Source: an uncultured Alphaproteobacteria bacterium
GTDB taxonomy: Bacteria > Pseudomonadota > Alphaproteobacteria > M2410
DNA: 64,000 bases
NCBI GenBank assembly: GCA_965603015.1
Contig: CBFDBJ010000005.1
Location: 3,080 to 67,079 of the forward strand
Direction: 5' to 3'
Shown: in pieces, positions 12,663-22,819 of the stretch
Numbering within the stretch: the stretch's first letter is position 1
Layout of the letters: each line of letters begins with the position of its first letter
Made by a program: the position numbers and the translations under genes
The notes under the pieces: generated by a model
The model's database searches: none
What the model saw: only the letters and a program-made list of their open reading frames with translations
Told to the model about the DNA's origin: nothing

Positions 12663-14090
12663 ATGTCTTCCCGTGATGACGACTTCTTTTTCAACCGCAA
12701 CGACCTCGATCAGGGCCGTATTCAGAAAATTGTTGATGATACGCTGCATGGCGGGGACGACGGAGAGCTGTATTTCGAATATTGCCAGTCCGAGGGCTTC
12801 ATGTTCGACGATGGCCGGTTGAAAAACGCCAGCTTCGATACCTCTCAAGGTTTTGGTCTGCGCAGTGTTGCGGGAGAGACCACCGGCTTTGCCCACTCCT
12901 CCGAACTCTCGGAAGCCGCTATAAAGCGCGCCGCCGATGCCGTGGTTGCGGTCAAGTCAGGGCACACCGGTGTCATGGCCGACGATCCGCGCGGCACCAA
13001 CCTCTCGCTTTATACCGATGACAATCCGGTCAACGGCGTGGATTTCGGGACCAAGGTCAAGCTGATGCAGGATATTGACGCCTATGCCAGAGCCAAGGAC
13101 CCGCGCATAAGACAGGTCTCGTGCTCGCTCACCGGCGAATGGTCTGTCGTTGCGATCATGCGCGCCGATGGTCAGATGATGCGGGACGTTCGACCCCTTG
13201 TGCGGCTCAATGTGTCGATTATGGCCGGCGTTGGAGATCGTCAAGAGTCTGGCTCATCGGGTACTGGCGGGCGCACCGGGTATGATTTCTACCTGCAGCC
13301 TGACGTGTGGCAGGGCGAGGTTGACGAGGCACTCAGGCAGGCGCTGGCCAATCTGGAGGCCGTTGATGCCCCGGCGGGCGAGATGACCGTTGTGCTCGGG
13401 CCCGGCTGGCCTGGCATTCTCCTGCACGAAGCGATCGGTCACGGCCTTGAGGGCGACGCAAACCGCAAAAAGACTTCGGCCTTTGCCGGGCTGCTCGGCG
13501 AGCGGATTGCCTCGCCAGGCGTAACGGTCATAGATGATGGCACCATTGCCGACCGGCGCGGCAGTCTCAGCATTGATGACGAGGGAACACCGTCGCAAAA
13601 GACCGTGCTGATCGAAGACGGTATTTTGAAAGGCTACATGCATGACCGGATGAATGCCCGGCTCATGGGCCACGCGCCGACAGGCAACGGTCGCCGACAG
13701 TCCTATGCCTGCCAGCCGCTGCCGCGTATGACCAACACATTGATGCTGGGCGGCAAGGACGATCCGGGTGAAATCCTGGGCAGCGTCAACTCGGTCCTTT
13801 ATTGTACATCCTTCGGCGGCGGTCAGGTCGACACGACGAATGGCAAGTTCGTGTTCTCGTGCACCGAGGCCTACAAGATCGAAAACGGCAAGCTCGGCGC
13901 GCCGGTCAAAGGCGCAACGCTCATTGGCAATGGGCCAGACTGCCTGACCCGGGTTTCCATGATCGGCAACGACATGGCTATGGATCGCGGCATCGGCACC
14001 TGCGGTAAGGGCGGCCAGAGCGTGCCGGTTGGCGTGGGTCAGCCGACGCTACGGCTCGATGGCATTACCGTTGGCGGGACGTCAACCTGA
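12663..14090 (+). CDS. tldD: Metalloprotease TldD
   Basis: TldD/PmbA family (GDDGELYFEY..., HEAIGHGLEGD). I chose ATG at 12663, preceded by a GAGGA RBS. The ORF-track start at 12540 adds a non-conserved 41 aa. Confidence 0.9.
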   Translation: MSSRDDDFFFNRNDLDQGRIQKIVDDTLHGGDDGELYFEYCQSEGFMFDDGRLKNASFDTSQGFGLRSVAGETTGFAHSSELSEAAIKRAADAVVAVKSGHTGVMADDPRGTNLSLYTDDNPVNGVDFGTKVKLMQDIDAYARAKDPRIRQVSCSLTGEWSVVAIMRADGQMMRDVRPLVRLNVSIMAGVGDRQESGSSGTGGRTGYDFYLQPDVWQGEVDEALRQALANLEAVDAPAGEMTVVLGPGWPGILLHEAIGHGLEGDANRKKTSAFAGLLGERIASPGVTVIDDGTIADRRGSLSIDDEGTPSQKTVLIEDGILKGYMHDRMNARLMGHAPTGNGRRQSYACQPLPRMTNTLMLGGKDDPGEILGSVNSVLYCTSFGGGQVDTTNGKFVFSCTEAYKIENGKLGAPVKGATLIGNGPDCLTRVSMIGNDMAMDRGIGTCGKGGQSVPVGVGQPTLRLDGITVGGTST

Positions 14091-14129
14091 TCGACAAAAG
14101 CAAGAATAATAATCGGAGGCGTCTGCGGT

Positions 14130-15773
14130 ATGTCTGAAACACGGATCTATTCGGCCAAAAAAATCATTACCATGAATAACTACCGCGCGACCGCAAGCCA
14201 TGTGGCGGTGCGGGACGGGCGTATATTGGGCGTCGGTGATTTGAAGGATCTTGAGACCTGGGGCGACTACGTTCTCGATGATCGCTATAGCGACAAGGTT
14301 CTGTTGCCAGGCTTTGTCGAGGGACACGGCCACATGCTTGAAGCGACAATGTGGGCCAATCACTATGCCGGATTTTTTCCCCGTCTTGATCCTTTCGGTG
14401 TGAAACACGAGGGCCTCAAATCGATCGATGACGTCGTCGCCATGTTGAAGCGCAAGGACGCGGAGATAGATGATCCAGAGGCACCCCTGGTCGCCTGGTG
14501 CTTTGATCCGATCTATTTCGGCGGACGCCGGATGACGCGCGAAGACCTTGACAGTGTCTCGACCACGCGACCGGTTCTGGTGCTGCACGCAAGCCTGCAC
14601 ATTACCAATGTCAATCAGGCCTTTGTTGATCAGGTGGGCTGGCAGGAGGCCGATGATGTTGTCGGCATCAAACGCCATGCAGACGGCACCGCCAGCGGCG
14701 AAATGCACGGTGCTGCCAATCACTACGCGATGGTCTGGGCCATGCGCCAGGGCCGCAATACCAACTCCGGAGCCAACGACAGCCACCGCGCCGAATGGGA
14801 GCAATATGGCCGGATCGCAACACGGGCCGGGGTCACCACACTGACTGATCTTGGCGCGACCCTTTCAGAAAAAGGCACAAAAATCCTGAGTGAATGGTCA
14901 AGAGAGCCGGATGCGCCTTTCCGCCTGGTCCCTGCCCTCCTCGCTACTGCCATCCCGACCGCAGACGGACTTGCCAGCCTCAAGGCGGTTGAAAGCATGG
15001 GCACGGACAAACTCAAACTGGGAATTGTGAAGCTTGTCGTTGACGGGTCCATCCAGGGGTTCACGGGGCGCCTGCGCTGGCCCGGCTATGCCAATGGTAC
15101 TGAAAACGGCATCTGGAACGTCGAGCCTTCGGATCTGCCTGGCCGCCTTGGCACCTATCACGATGCTGGCTATCAAGTTCACATTCACACCAACGGTGAC
15201 GAGGCAACAGCGGTGGCGCTCGACGCCCTCGAAGAGGTTCTGTCGCGTAACCCGCGCCCTGATCACCGCCACACGCTGCAGCATTGTCAGATGGCAGACG
15301 AAGCACAGTTTCGCCGCATCAAGGCACTCGGTGTTTGTGTCAATCTGTTCTCCAATCACCTTTATTATTGGGGTGACCAACACATGACCGAAACCATGGG
15401 GCCGGACCGGGCGCGCCGGATGAATGCAACAGGCACCGCGGAACGGCTGGGCGTTCCCTTTACGATCCATTCGGACACGCCGATCACGCCGCTCGACCCG
15501 CTTTTTACGGCCTGGTGCGCGGTCAATCGGTTGACGGAGTCCGGTGAAGTGCTGGGCCCGGACGAGTGTATCTCTGTTCAATCTGCCCTGCGCGCTATCA
15601 CCCTTGGCGCAGCTTACACTCTAAAGATGGACGGCGAGATCGGGTCCATAGAGGCAGGTAAATGGGCTGACTTTGCGGTCCTTGATGCAGATCCGCTCGA
15701 AGTGGATCCACGTGCCCTCAAGGATATTCCTGTTTCCGGCACCATGATTGGCGGGCGTGCGGTCGAAAGCTGA
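14130..15773 (+). CDS. Amidohydrolase family protein (YtcJ-like, Amidohydro_3), metal-dependent hydrolase
   Basis: 547 aa with an N-terminal HGH metal-binding motif (FVEGHGHMLEA) and HIHTNGDEA, typical of TIM-barrel amidohydrolases. It lies 39 bp after tldD. Its stop overlaps the next gene's start (ATGA). Confidence 0.8.
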   Translation: MSETRIYSAKKIITMNNYRATASHVAVRDGRILGVGDLKDLETWGDYVLDDRYSDKVLLPGFVEGHGHMLEATMWANHYAGFFPRLDPFGVKHEGLKSIDDVVAMLKRKDAEIDDPEAPLVAWCFDPIYFGGRRMTREDLDSVSTTRPVLVLHASLHITNVNQAFVDQVGWQEADDVVGIKRHADGTASGEMHGAANHYAMVWAMRQGRNTNSGANDSHRAEWEQYGRIATRAGVTTLTDLGATLSEKGTKILSEWSREPDAPFRLVPALLATAIPTADGLASLKAVESMGTDKLKLGIVKLVVDGSIQGFTGRLRWPGYANGTENGIWNVEPSDLPGRLGTYHDAGYQVHIHTNGDEATAVALDALEEVLSRNPRPDHRHTLQHCQMADEAQFRRIKALGVCVNLFSNHLYYWGDQHMTETMGPDRARRMNATGTAERLGVPFTIHSDTPITPLDPLFTAWCAVNRLTESGEVLGPDECISVQSALRAITLGAAYTLKMDGEIGSIEAGKWADFAVLDADPLEVDPRALKDIPVSGTMIGGRAVES

Positions 15774-16684
15774 TGTCAGATCCAGCTCCCCTCACAGTTA
15801 TTGGCGGTTTCCTGGGCGCAGGGAAAACCACGCTGGTCAATCATATCCTGACCGAGGCCGCAAAGACCGGCGGCGGCGTGCGATACGCCGTCCTGGTCAA
15901 CGACTTTGGTGACCTTGCCATTGATGAAAGCCTCATCGAAAAACATGATGGCACCACCATTGCGCTGGCCAACGGCTGTATCTGCTGCACCATCGGCAAT
16001 GATCTCTTTGAAACTGTGATGGACCTGATGGAACGTGAGATGCCGCCGGAGCATTTGATCATTGAGGCGAGCGGCGTTGCAGATCCTCGCCCCATCGCAG
16101 AACTTGGCAGTCTCAACCCGCACCTGTCGCGGGACCTCACAGTCGTTGTCATTGATGCAGAACAGATCCAGGCACAATGGAAAGACGAGCGCCTGCGCGA
16201 CACAGTGGAGCGACAGATCCAGGCGGCCAACCTCCTTGTTCTGAATAAAATCGAAACTCTCGAACCGGCCGACCTGTCCGAACTGGATCTATGGCTTGAT
16301 ACCCATGCAGCAGGCGTGCCCCGCTTGAAAGCCGATAAAGGCCGCATTCCCCTTTCAATTCTCGATGATCGGTCCTTTACAGGGGGCAGGCCCGGCGCCT
16401 CTGTCTTTCATGATCAGGATCACAGCACACTGTTCCAAACTCGCACCCTCGAGATCGATCCCGCGATAACCCGCGACCTTTTTCGCCAAAAGGCAAGGAT
16501 GCTGCCCCGTTCAATCCTGCGCGCCAAGGGCTATGTCACCCTGAACGGCAAGACCCACCTCTTTCAAAAGGTGGGTCCGCGTTTTTCCCTTACACCCTCA
16601 CTGCATGAGGTTCCGGATGACAAGGCTAACAAGATCGTCGTGATCGGGATCGGCGACCTGCCGTCTCTCCCATGGTTTTCATGA
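15773..16684 (+). CDS. COG0523/CobW-family G3E GTPase (putative zinc metallochaperone)
   Basis: P-loop GFLGAGKTTLVN, the CxCC metal motif GCICCT, and a CobW C-terminal domain. Translationally coupled to the amidohydrolase. Confidence 0.85.
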   Translation: MSDPAPLTVIGGFLGAGKTTLVNHILTEAAKTGGGVRYAVLVNDFGDLAIDESLIEKHDGTTIALANGCICCTIGNDLFETVMDLMEREMPPEHLIIEASGVADPRPIAELGSLNPHLSRDLTVVVIDAEQIQAQWKDERLRDTVERQIQAANLLVLNKIETLEPADLSELDLWLDTHAAGVPRLKADKGRIPLSILDDRSFTGGRPGASVFHDQDHSTLFQTRTLEIDPAITRDLFRQKARMLPRSILRAKGYVTLNGKTHLFQKVGPRFSLTPSLHEVPDDKANKIVVIGIGDLPSLPWFS

Positions 16685-16702
16685 TCCGGGTCTCGCTTCT
16701 GG

Positions 16703-17365
16703 TCACTTTGCGGAATTATATTTCTCGTTAAACTTTCTTTCGAGTTCCAGGGCATTGTCCGGCAGCTGATGCGCGATGCCCTTGTGACAATCAATGCACG
16801 TCTTGCCCTCGTCTTCGGCCTGCAGGTGACGGTTGCGCGCGCGTTTTTCCTGCAATGTCACATCCATCGCCATGAACGTATGGCAGTTTCGGCACTCGCG
16901 GCTGTCGGTCTTTTTCATGACCGTCCAGACACGCTCGGCCATTATCGGCCGCTCGTGTTCAAACTCCGCGCGGGTGTCAATGCTACCCAGTGCCCAATGG
17001 AACAATTCATTTGACGCCTGGATCTTGCGGCGGATCTTGTAGACCCACGGCTTGGGAACATGGCAGTCGGGGCAGGATGCCCGTACGCCGCTGGGATTTG
17101 TGTCATGCACTGTGCCCTTGTACTCGTTATAAACATTGGCGCGCATTTCGTGACACGAGATGCAAAATTTCTCGGTGTTGGTGATTTCCAGCGCCCAGTT
17201 AAAGCCGCCCCAGAACATAATCCCGATGGCAAAGCCCCCGATCGCGAGTGTTCCGATAGAATATTTTGCTGTGGGACGCCGGACGGTCGTCCAGATCGCC
17301 CGGAGCCTTCCCTTCATTCCAGTGGGGGATGAGACCTTGTTCCCGTCTTGTGGAGCCTCTGTCAT
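16703..17365 (-). CDS. napC: NapC/NirT-family membrane tetraheme cytochrome c
   Basis: Four CxxCH motifs (CISCH, CPDCH, CRNCH, CIDCH) after an N-terminal TM anchor. Last gene of the nap operon. Confidence 0.9.
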   Translation of the reverse strand: MTEAPQDGNKVSSPTGMKGRLRAIWTTVRRPTAKYSIGTLAIGGFAIGIMFWGGFNWALEITNTEKFCISCHEMRANVYNEYKGTVHDTNPSGVRASCPDCHVPKPWVYKIRRKIQASNELFHWALGSIDTRAEFEHERPIMAERVWTVMKKTDSRECRNCHTFMAMDVTLQEKRARNRHLQAEDEGKTCIDCHKGIAHQLPDNALELERKFNEKYNSAK

Positions 17366-17417
17366 ACTGTTTTCTCCATCTTCATAATTCGCCGGACCTG
17401 GATCCGGAATCCTTTAC

Positions 17418-17882
17418 TCACTTTTGCCGGGCGGGCTCAAACGTATTCACCACAATCGGATTTTTGTCCGTTTGGGGAACATGGCACTGAGTGCAGAACC
17501 AGCGCCCGGGATAAACGCGGTCCAACGCCTTGCCATCGCGGTCGCGATAGTGGGTCTCCGAAATCTTCGGCGCATTTTCTGTGACATTGTTTGGCCAGTC
17601 ATGACACCGCATGCACTGATTGACCTTCAAATCAATCTCATATTTGTCAACCCGGTGGGGGATGAGCGGCGGTTGCTGGCGATAGGCCTTGGTAACACGG
17701 CCGCTTTCATCCACAGAATGGATTTCATTCACGACATTGGGCTCATTTATGTCTGTTTCCCCACGCAGCGATTGAGTGCCCTCGCCATAACTGGGCGACG
17801 CAAGGGTCAGCCCGATTACGATCACTGAGAAGGCCGTCAGGGCTGTGATGGCGACCACGCCGAATTTTTCTTCCCTCTTCAT
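17418..17882 (-). CDS. napB: Periplasmic nitrate reductase diheme cytochrome c subunit
   Basis: Two CxxCH motifs (CMRCH, CTQCH) and a signal peptide. I chose the internal ATG (MKREEKF...). The ORF-track start is 17939. Confidence 0.85.
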   Translation of the reverse strand: MKREEKFGVVAITALTAFSVIVIGLTLASPSYGEGTQSLRGETDINEPNVVNEIHSVDESGRVTKAYRQQPPLIPHRVDKYEIDLKVNQCMRCHDWPNNVTENAPKISETHYRDRDGKALDRVYPGRWFCTQCHVPQTDKNPIVVNTFEPARQK

Positions 17883-17951
17883 GGCCTGAACTCCTTTCTT
17901 GATACCGCGCTGGGTATTGGATTTGTCTGATTGTGTCATGGTTCTCTCTCC

Positions 17952-18890
17952 TCAAGCTGCCGCCCGCCGGGCAGCGGCTTTGTCTGGCTCTATGCCAGTG
18001 TTAAATCGTGTTGTCAGTTTAAAGACCGAGTGCGGACAGACATCGGTGCACCGTCCGCACAGAGTGCAATCGCTGGAAAGGATTAAGGGGCCGGCGTCTG
18101 CCGCATTGGCACCTTTTAACGCGGGCGCTATAACCTGGGGCTCGGGGCAGACCGCATAGCAAAGCATGCAGTTGTCACACTTTGAGCGGGATGCGGCGCT
18201 GATGACCGGGAGACGGAAACGGCCGATGAGGCCATAAAAGGCGCCGACAGGACACAGATGTCCACACCACCCGTGGCGCGAGACAGCGACATCAAAGGCA
18301 AACAGCGCGGCGAGCATCGTCAGGGTAAACCCGCTGGTCCACAATGTTCCGAAGACGAGTTCGCGGTGCAGCATCGTTATCGGATTAACAGATTCCCAGA
18401 ATACCGTGCCGCTCAAGAATGCGGCAAGAAGGATCATGGCCAGCACCCATAGTCTGATCTGCCTGGCCGGTTGCCATCCTTTCGCGAAAGCAAAGCGCCG
18501 ATGGATCCAGTGAGCCGCATCGGTCAGCAGGTTGATCGGGCAAACAAAAGAGCAATAGGCCCGCCCGGCGAAGATCGCATAGACCGCCGTGACAATCGCC
18601 ATGCCGATGAGAACCGTGGACGCCAGAGCGTGACCGGCCAGAAAGACCTGCAGGCCCACGAGGGGGTCCGTCAAAGGCAAGACGCCGAACGTCATACTGG
18701 ACGCCAGGGTTCCCTTTGCAATCCAGATGCCGACAAGGGGACCACTCATAAAGACCGCAAGAAATGTCAGTTGAGCCACACGCCGGACAATGAGCCACTT
18801 GTTGGCCCGCAGCTTGCCCTTTGCTGCGACCGCAGCGCGGCCCGGCCTTCTGACATCCACGAGGGGGCTGAGTGTCCTTGTGCCACTCAT
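17952..18890 (-). CDS. napH: Ferredoxin-type membrane protein NapH
   Basis: 312 aa with 4 TM helices and C-terminal CxxCxxC...CP iron-sulfur motifs (CDNCMLCYAVCP, CTLCGRCTDVCP). Overlaps napG by 4 nt. Confidence 0.85.
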   Translation of the reverse strand: MSGTRTLSPLVDVRRPGRAAVAAKGKLRANKWLIVRRVAQLTFLAVFMSGPLVGIWIAKGTLASSMTFGVLPLTDPLVGLQVFLAGHALASTVLIGMAIVTAVYAIFAGRAYCSFVCPINLLTDAAHWIHRRFAFAKGWQPARQIRLWVLAMILLAAFLSGTVFWESVNPITMLHRELVFGTLWTSGFTLTMLAALFAFDVAVSRHGWCGHLCPVGAFYGLIGRFRLPVISAASRSKCDNCMLCYAVCPEPQVIAPALKGANAADAGPLILSSDCTLCGRCTDVCPHSVFKLTTRFNTGIEPDKAAARRAAA

Positions 18891-19651
18891 GGGGTCACCT
18901 CTTCAGGAAGGCGATCTGGCAGATCAATAATATCTTCGACCAACGGGCGTCCGTGTCTTGCCTTTTCTTTCCAGCCAAGGCGGTAATGTTCGCCCAGTTG
19001 TCCCAGTGCGAGCTCACGTGGCAAAACTTTGATTGAGGCTTTGGGCAGCACGCAAGCGCTCTCGCACTTGCCGCAACCGGTGCAGTGTTCCGGGTCCACC
19101 GTTGGAATAAATTTCGCGTGGGCGCCGCTGCGTTCATCATGCTGGCGGTCGAGCCGGATTGCCTTATCGATGACCGGACAGACCCGGTAACACACATCAC
19201 ATCTCAGGCCGAGTGTATTGAGGCAGGTGTCCTGGCCCACCAGAACAGCAACACCCATCCTGGCATCATCAATATCAGTCAACTCTTTTGACAGCGCGCC
19301 GGTGGGGCACGCAGCAACGCAGGGAATGTCATCACACATTTCGCACGGCACGTTACGGGCGATGAAGAACGGCGTCCCGGCAGCCACTGGCGAACCGAGG
19401 CGCGACAGGCTCAAGGTATCGTAAGGACAATCCGCGACGCATTGACCGCAATGCACGCAGGCACCGAGAAACTTTTCTTCGACCAAGGCGCCGGGCGGGC
19501 GAAGCGCCACGGCGGGTAAAGCCTCCGCCTTGTTGTTAATCAGAGAAATTCCCAGGCCCATCATGCCAACACCACAGGCCGACCCCGCCGCTTCCTTAAA
19601 GAAGCGACGGCGATCGACCGGTCTTTTTGCTGTGTCAGCGAAGCTGTTCAC
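18887..19651 (-). CDS. napG: Ferredoxin-type periplasmic protein NapG
   Basis: Tat signal (RRRFFKEAAG) and four 4Fe-4S cysteine clusters (CVHCGQCVADCP, CEMCDDIPCVAACP, CLNTLGLRCDVCYRVCP, CTGCGKCESACV). Confidence 0.85.
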   Translation of the reverse strand: MNSFADTAKRPVDRRRFFKEAAGSACGVGMMGLGISLINNKAEALPAVALRPPGALVEEKFLGACVHCGQCVADCPYDTLSLSRLGSPVAAGTPFFIARNVPCEMCDDIPCVAACPTGALSKELTDIDDARMGVAVLVGQDTCLNTLGLRCDVCYRVCPVIDKAIRLDRQHDERSGAHAKFIPTVDPEHCTGCGKCESACVLPKASIKVLPRELALGQLGEHYRLGWKEKARHGRPLVEDIIDLPDRLPEEVTP

Positions 19652-19680
19652 TGGCCCTTCCCTTCAGGCGAAAACATGGG

Positions 19681-22182
19681 TTACGCCTTGACGACCCTGA
19701 CGGCGCACTTCTTGAAGTCCGTTTCCTTGGAAATAGGACAAGTGGCGTCGAGTGTCAGCTTGTTGACGAGCTGCGTTGCATCGAACCAGGGAATGAAGAC
19801 GACCCCTTGCGGTGGTTTATTACGCCCCTTGGTTTCGACGCGGGTTCGCAATTCGCCGCGGCGGGTTTGCAGCTTGACCTCCTGGCCGCGCCTCAACCCT
19901 CGTTCTTCGGCATCAACCGGATGCATGAAGACCTGCGCATTCGGATAGGCCCGGTGAAGCTCGGGGACCCGAGCCGTCATGGAACCGGAATGCCAGTGCT
20001 CAAGAACACGCCCGGTGGACAGCCACAGATCGAATTCATCATCGGGCTCTTCGGCGGCGGGCTCATAAGGTGCGAAAATGATGTTCGCCTTGCCGTCGGG
20101 CTTGCCATAGAACTCAAAGTCCTTGCCCGGCTTGACGTAGGGATCATAACCCTCGCGGAAGCGCCACAGGGTTTCCTTGCCATCAACCACCGGCCAGCGC
20201 AAACCGCGGGCCTTGTGATAGGTATCAAACGGCGCCAGGTCATGTTTCTTGCCGCGACCAAAGCTGGCGTATTCCTCGAACAGACCCTTCTGAATATAAT
20301 AGCCGAAATGATCGGCTTCGTGGTTGCCGTGACCTTCCTGCTTTTGCGAAAGCGGGAACTGATCCACTTCACCATTGGCATACAGAACATCATAGAGCGT
20401 CTTGCCGCGATATTCGGGCATTTGAGCAATGAGTTCTTGCGGCCAGACCTCCTCGACCGTGAAACGCTTTGAAAATTCCACGAGTTGCCAGAGATCGGAT
20501 TTGGACTCGCCCGGTCCGGCAACCTGTTCGCGCCAGAACTGCGTGCGTCTCTCGGCGTTACCGTAGGCGCCTTCCTTTTCGACCCACATGGAGGTCGGCA
20601 GGATGAGATCGCCCGCCATGGCGGTTATGGTCGGATAGGGGTCGGAAACGACGATGAAGTTTTCGGGGTTACGATAACCGGGATATGTTTCCTCGTTGAG
20701 ATTGGGCGCGGCCTGAACATTGTTATTGCACATCACCCAATAGGCGTTCATGACGCCATCCTTGAGCTTGCGATTGTGCAGCACGGCATGGAAGCCTGGC
20801 TTGGGAGGAATGGTTCCCTTCGGCAATTTCCAGATTTTCTCGGCGATATCGCGGTGCGCTTCCTTGGCGACCACCAGATCGGCTGGCAGGCGGTGGGCGA
20901 AAGTTCCAACTTCGCGCGCAGTGCCACACGCTGATGGCTGACCGGTCAAAGAGAACGGCCCACTGCCCGGCGTGGAGATCTTCCCGGTGAGCAGGTGAAT
21001 ATTGTAAAGCAAGCCATTGACCCATGTGCCGCGAGAATGCTGGTTCACACCCATTGTCCAGAGTGACATGATCTTGCGATCTGGATCCGCATAGGCCTTT
21101 GCCATACGCTCCAGATTTTCTGGCGGAACTTTGGACAGCTTCGATGTGTACTCGAGGGTATATTTCGAAACAGCGGCCTTGTATTCGGTAAAATCGATCT
21201 TGGTGAGCTTGCCATGTTTGCCTTCATGGGCCGGATTGTCGGCAGCCTGTTCGCGCGGATCTTCCGGGCGCAGGCCATAACCAATACCGGTTGCGGTTTT
21301 GGTTATGTTGACGTGTTTGGCGACAAATTCCTCATTCACCGCACCACTCTCAATAATGTAATTGGCAATATAGTTGAGGATGGCGAGATCGGTCTGTGGT
21401 TCAAAAATCATCTGGTTGTCAGCAAGCTCGAAACTGCGATGCTTGTAGGTCGACAGAACGTGAACCTGGCAGCCGGGTTTGGTGAGACGCGTATCGGTCA
21501 ACCGGGACCACAGAATCGGATGCATCTCCGACATGTTAGAGCCCCACAGAACAAAATCGTCGGCTTCCTCAAGGTCATCATAGCAACCCATCGGCTCATC
21601 AATGCCAAAGGCGCGGATGAACCCGGCAACTGCCGAGGCCATGCAATGACGTGCGTTGGGATCAAGATTATTGGACCTGAAGCCTGCCTTCATCAGCTTG
21701 GAGGCTGCATAACCCTCCCACACGGTCCATTGTCCCGAGCCAAACATACCAACCGATGTCGGGCCTTTCTTTTTCAGAGCGTCCTTGAACTTGACGGCCA
21801 TGATGTCGAAGGCTTCATCCCAGGAAACAGGTGTGAACTCGCCCTCTTTGTCATACTGGCCGTCGGTCTTGCGTAGCAACGGCGTCGTCAGGCGATCCTC
21901 GCCGTACATAATCTTGGAGAGGAAATAGCCCTTGATGCAGTTAAGACCCCTGTTGACCGGGGCATCCGGATCGCCCTGGGTCGCGACCACGCGGCCCTCC
22001 TTGGTTCCGACAAGGACCGAGCACCCGGTACCGCAGAAACGGCAGGGAGCCTTGTCCCAGCGGATGTCTGACTGAACGGGCTGAGCAACCGCTGCAGGGT
22101 TTGAAGCAATCGCAATGCCCGCCGCTGCGGCTGTTGCGCTTACTGCGCTGGTCTTGATGAATTCGCGCCTGTTTTGTTTCAT
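19681..22182 (-). CDS. napA: Periplasmic nitrate reductase catalytic subunit
   Basis: 833 aa with a Tat signal [22 protein letters not shown], an N-terminal 4Fe-4S motif CRFCGTGCS, and molybdopterin oxidoreductase domains. Confidence 0.95.
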   Translation of the reverse strand: MKQNRREFIKTSAVSATAAAAGIAIASNPAAVAQPVQSDIRWDKAPCRFCGTGCSVLVGTKEGRVVATQGDPDAPVNRGLNCIKGYFLSKIMYGEDRLTTPLLRKTDGQYDKEGEFTPVSWDEAFDIMAVKFKDALKKKGPTSVGMFGSGQWTVWEGYAASKLMKAGFRSNNLDPNARHCMASAVAGFIRAFGIDEPMGCYDDLEEADDFVLWGSNMSEMHPILWSRLTDTRLTKPGCQVHVLSTYKHRSFELADNQMIFEPQTDLAILNYIANYIIESGAVNEEFVAKHVNITKTATGIGYGLRPEDPREQAADNPAHEGKHGKLTKIDFTEYKAAVSKYTLEYTSKLSKVPPENLERMAKAYADPDRKIMSLWTMGVNQHSRGTWVNGLLYNIHLLTGKISTPGSGPFSLTGQPSACGTAREVGTFAHRLPADLVVAKEAHRDIAEKIWKLPKGTIPPKPGFHAVLHNRKLKDGVMNAYWVMCNNNVQAAPNLNEETYPGYRNPENFIVVSDPYPTITAMAGDLILPTSMWVEKEGAYGNAERRTQFWREQVAGPGESKSDLWQLVEFSKRFTVEEVWPQELIAQMPEYRGKTLYDVLYANGEVDQFPLSQKQEGHGNHEADHFGYYIQKGLFEEYASFGRGKKHDLAPFDTYHKARGLRWPVVDGKETLWRFREGYDPYVKPGKDFEFYGKPDGKANIIFAPYEPAAEEPDDEFDLWLSTGRVLEHWHSGSMTARVPELHRAYPNAQVFMHPVDAEERGLRRGQEVKLQTRRGELRTRVETKGRNKPPQGVVFIPWFDATQLVNKLTLDATCPISKETDFKKCAVRVVKA

Positions 22183-22490
22183 GTTTCATCTCCTGAAACT
22201 GTCGTGGTTTGAGCCTGGGTCAGGTCCGATCCGAAACCCTGCCCCTCAATTTGTTCAAAGTGGTGATAGACCAGCGACGCCGAAGCGACGCCGGGAAGCG
22301 ATTGTATTTGAATGAGAATGTCGCCAGCCTGCCTCTGGTTGCCGGACTCAACTGTAACGACCAGACGTCCATCATCTGTTTCGTGATGGACCTCTGTGCC
22401 GGGCATCGTGCTCAGATCATCAACAAGACCGGATGCCTTGCCGGGTATCGCGTGAACCAAAAGACCGCAGACAATGAGCTCTTCATTCAA
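22179..22490 (-). CDS. napD: NapA chaperone NapD
   Basis: 103 aa small acidic protein immediately upstream of napA, overlapping it by 4 nt. Position and size match NapD. Confidence 0.7.
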   Translation of the reverse strand: MNEELIVCGLLVHAIPGKASGLVDDLSTMPGTEVHHETDDGRLVVTVESGNQRQAGDILIQIQSLPGVASASLVYHHFEQIEGQGFGSDLTQAQTTTVSGDET

Positions 22491-22819
22491 GAGACAGTCT
22501 CCTCGTTGTCCAGTTTAGCTTGCCAAACCGGTGTGATTGCCTGTGCCGGACAGACCGCCTTGCAGTCCATGCAACCGTTGCACAAGGTTTCGTCGACCAT
22601 GGGCACAGCACGGCCACCGGTCATCAATTGAAAGGAAATTGCCCCGCGGTCACATTCGTCCTCGCAGAGACGGCACATGGTCCCCGAGACGCTGAGGCAT
22701 CGGCTGTTGATCGTGACACCAACGGCTTCTTCAGATGCCGTTACATTGACATCTGTTACAGCTGCGTCAGTGCGAAACCGACCGCGCAGAAATTGCTTTC
22801 TGGAAATCTCGACGTTCAT
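22487..22819 (-). CDS. napF: Ferredoxin-type protein NapF (short form)
   Basis: 110 aa first gene of the operon. It has one canonical CxxCxxCxxxCP motif (CNGCMDCKAVCP) and one atypical cluster (C-x7-CRLCEDEC). It is shorter than E. coli NapF. Confidence 0.6.
   Translation of the reverse strand: MNVEISRKQFLRGRFRTDAAVTDVNVTASEEAVGVTINSRCLSVSGTMCRLCEDECDRGAISFQLMTGGRAVPMVDETLCNGCMDCKAVCPAQAITPVWQAKLDNEETVS

Noticed and set aside
14091-14129. Zur box upstream of the amidohydrolase/COG0523 pair
   Set aside because: Only an AT-rich stretch (AAGAATAATAATCGG) is present, with no palindrome. The genes are probably driven from the tldD promoter.
19627-20472. Long antisense ORFs on the opposite strand of real genes. 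Examples: 19627-20472 (+) vs napA, 47376-48428 (+) vs mutL, 14082-14804 (-) vs the amidohydrolase, 26541-27395 (-) vs the desaturase, 9820-10512 (+) vs ctaD, 24605-25294 (+) vs rsmE.
   Set aside because: These are typical high-GC artifacts. Their translations are low-complexity and Arg/Pro/Ala-rich with no recognisable motifs. The opposite strand in each case has a strongly supported conserved protein.
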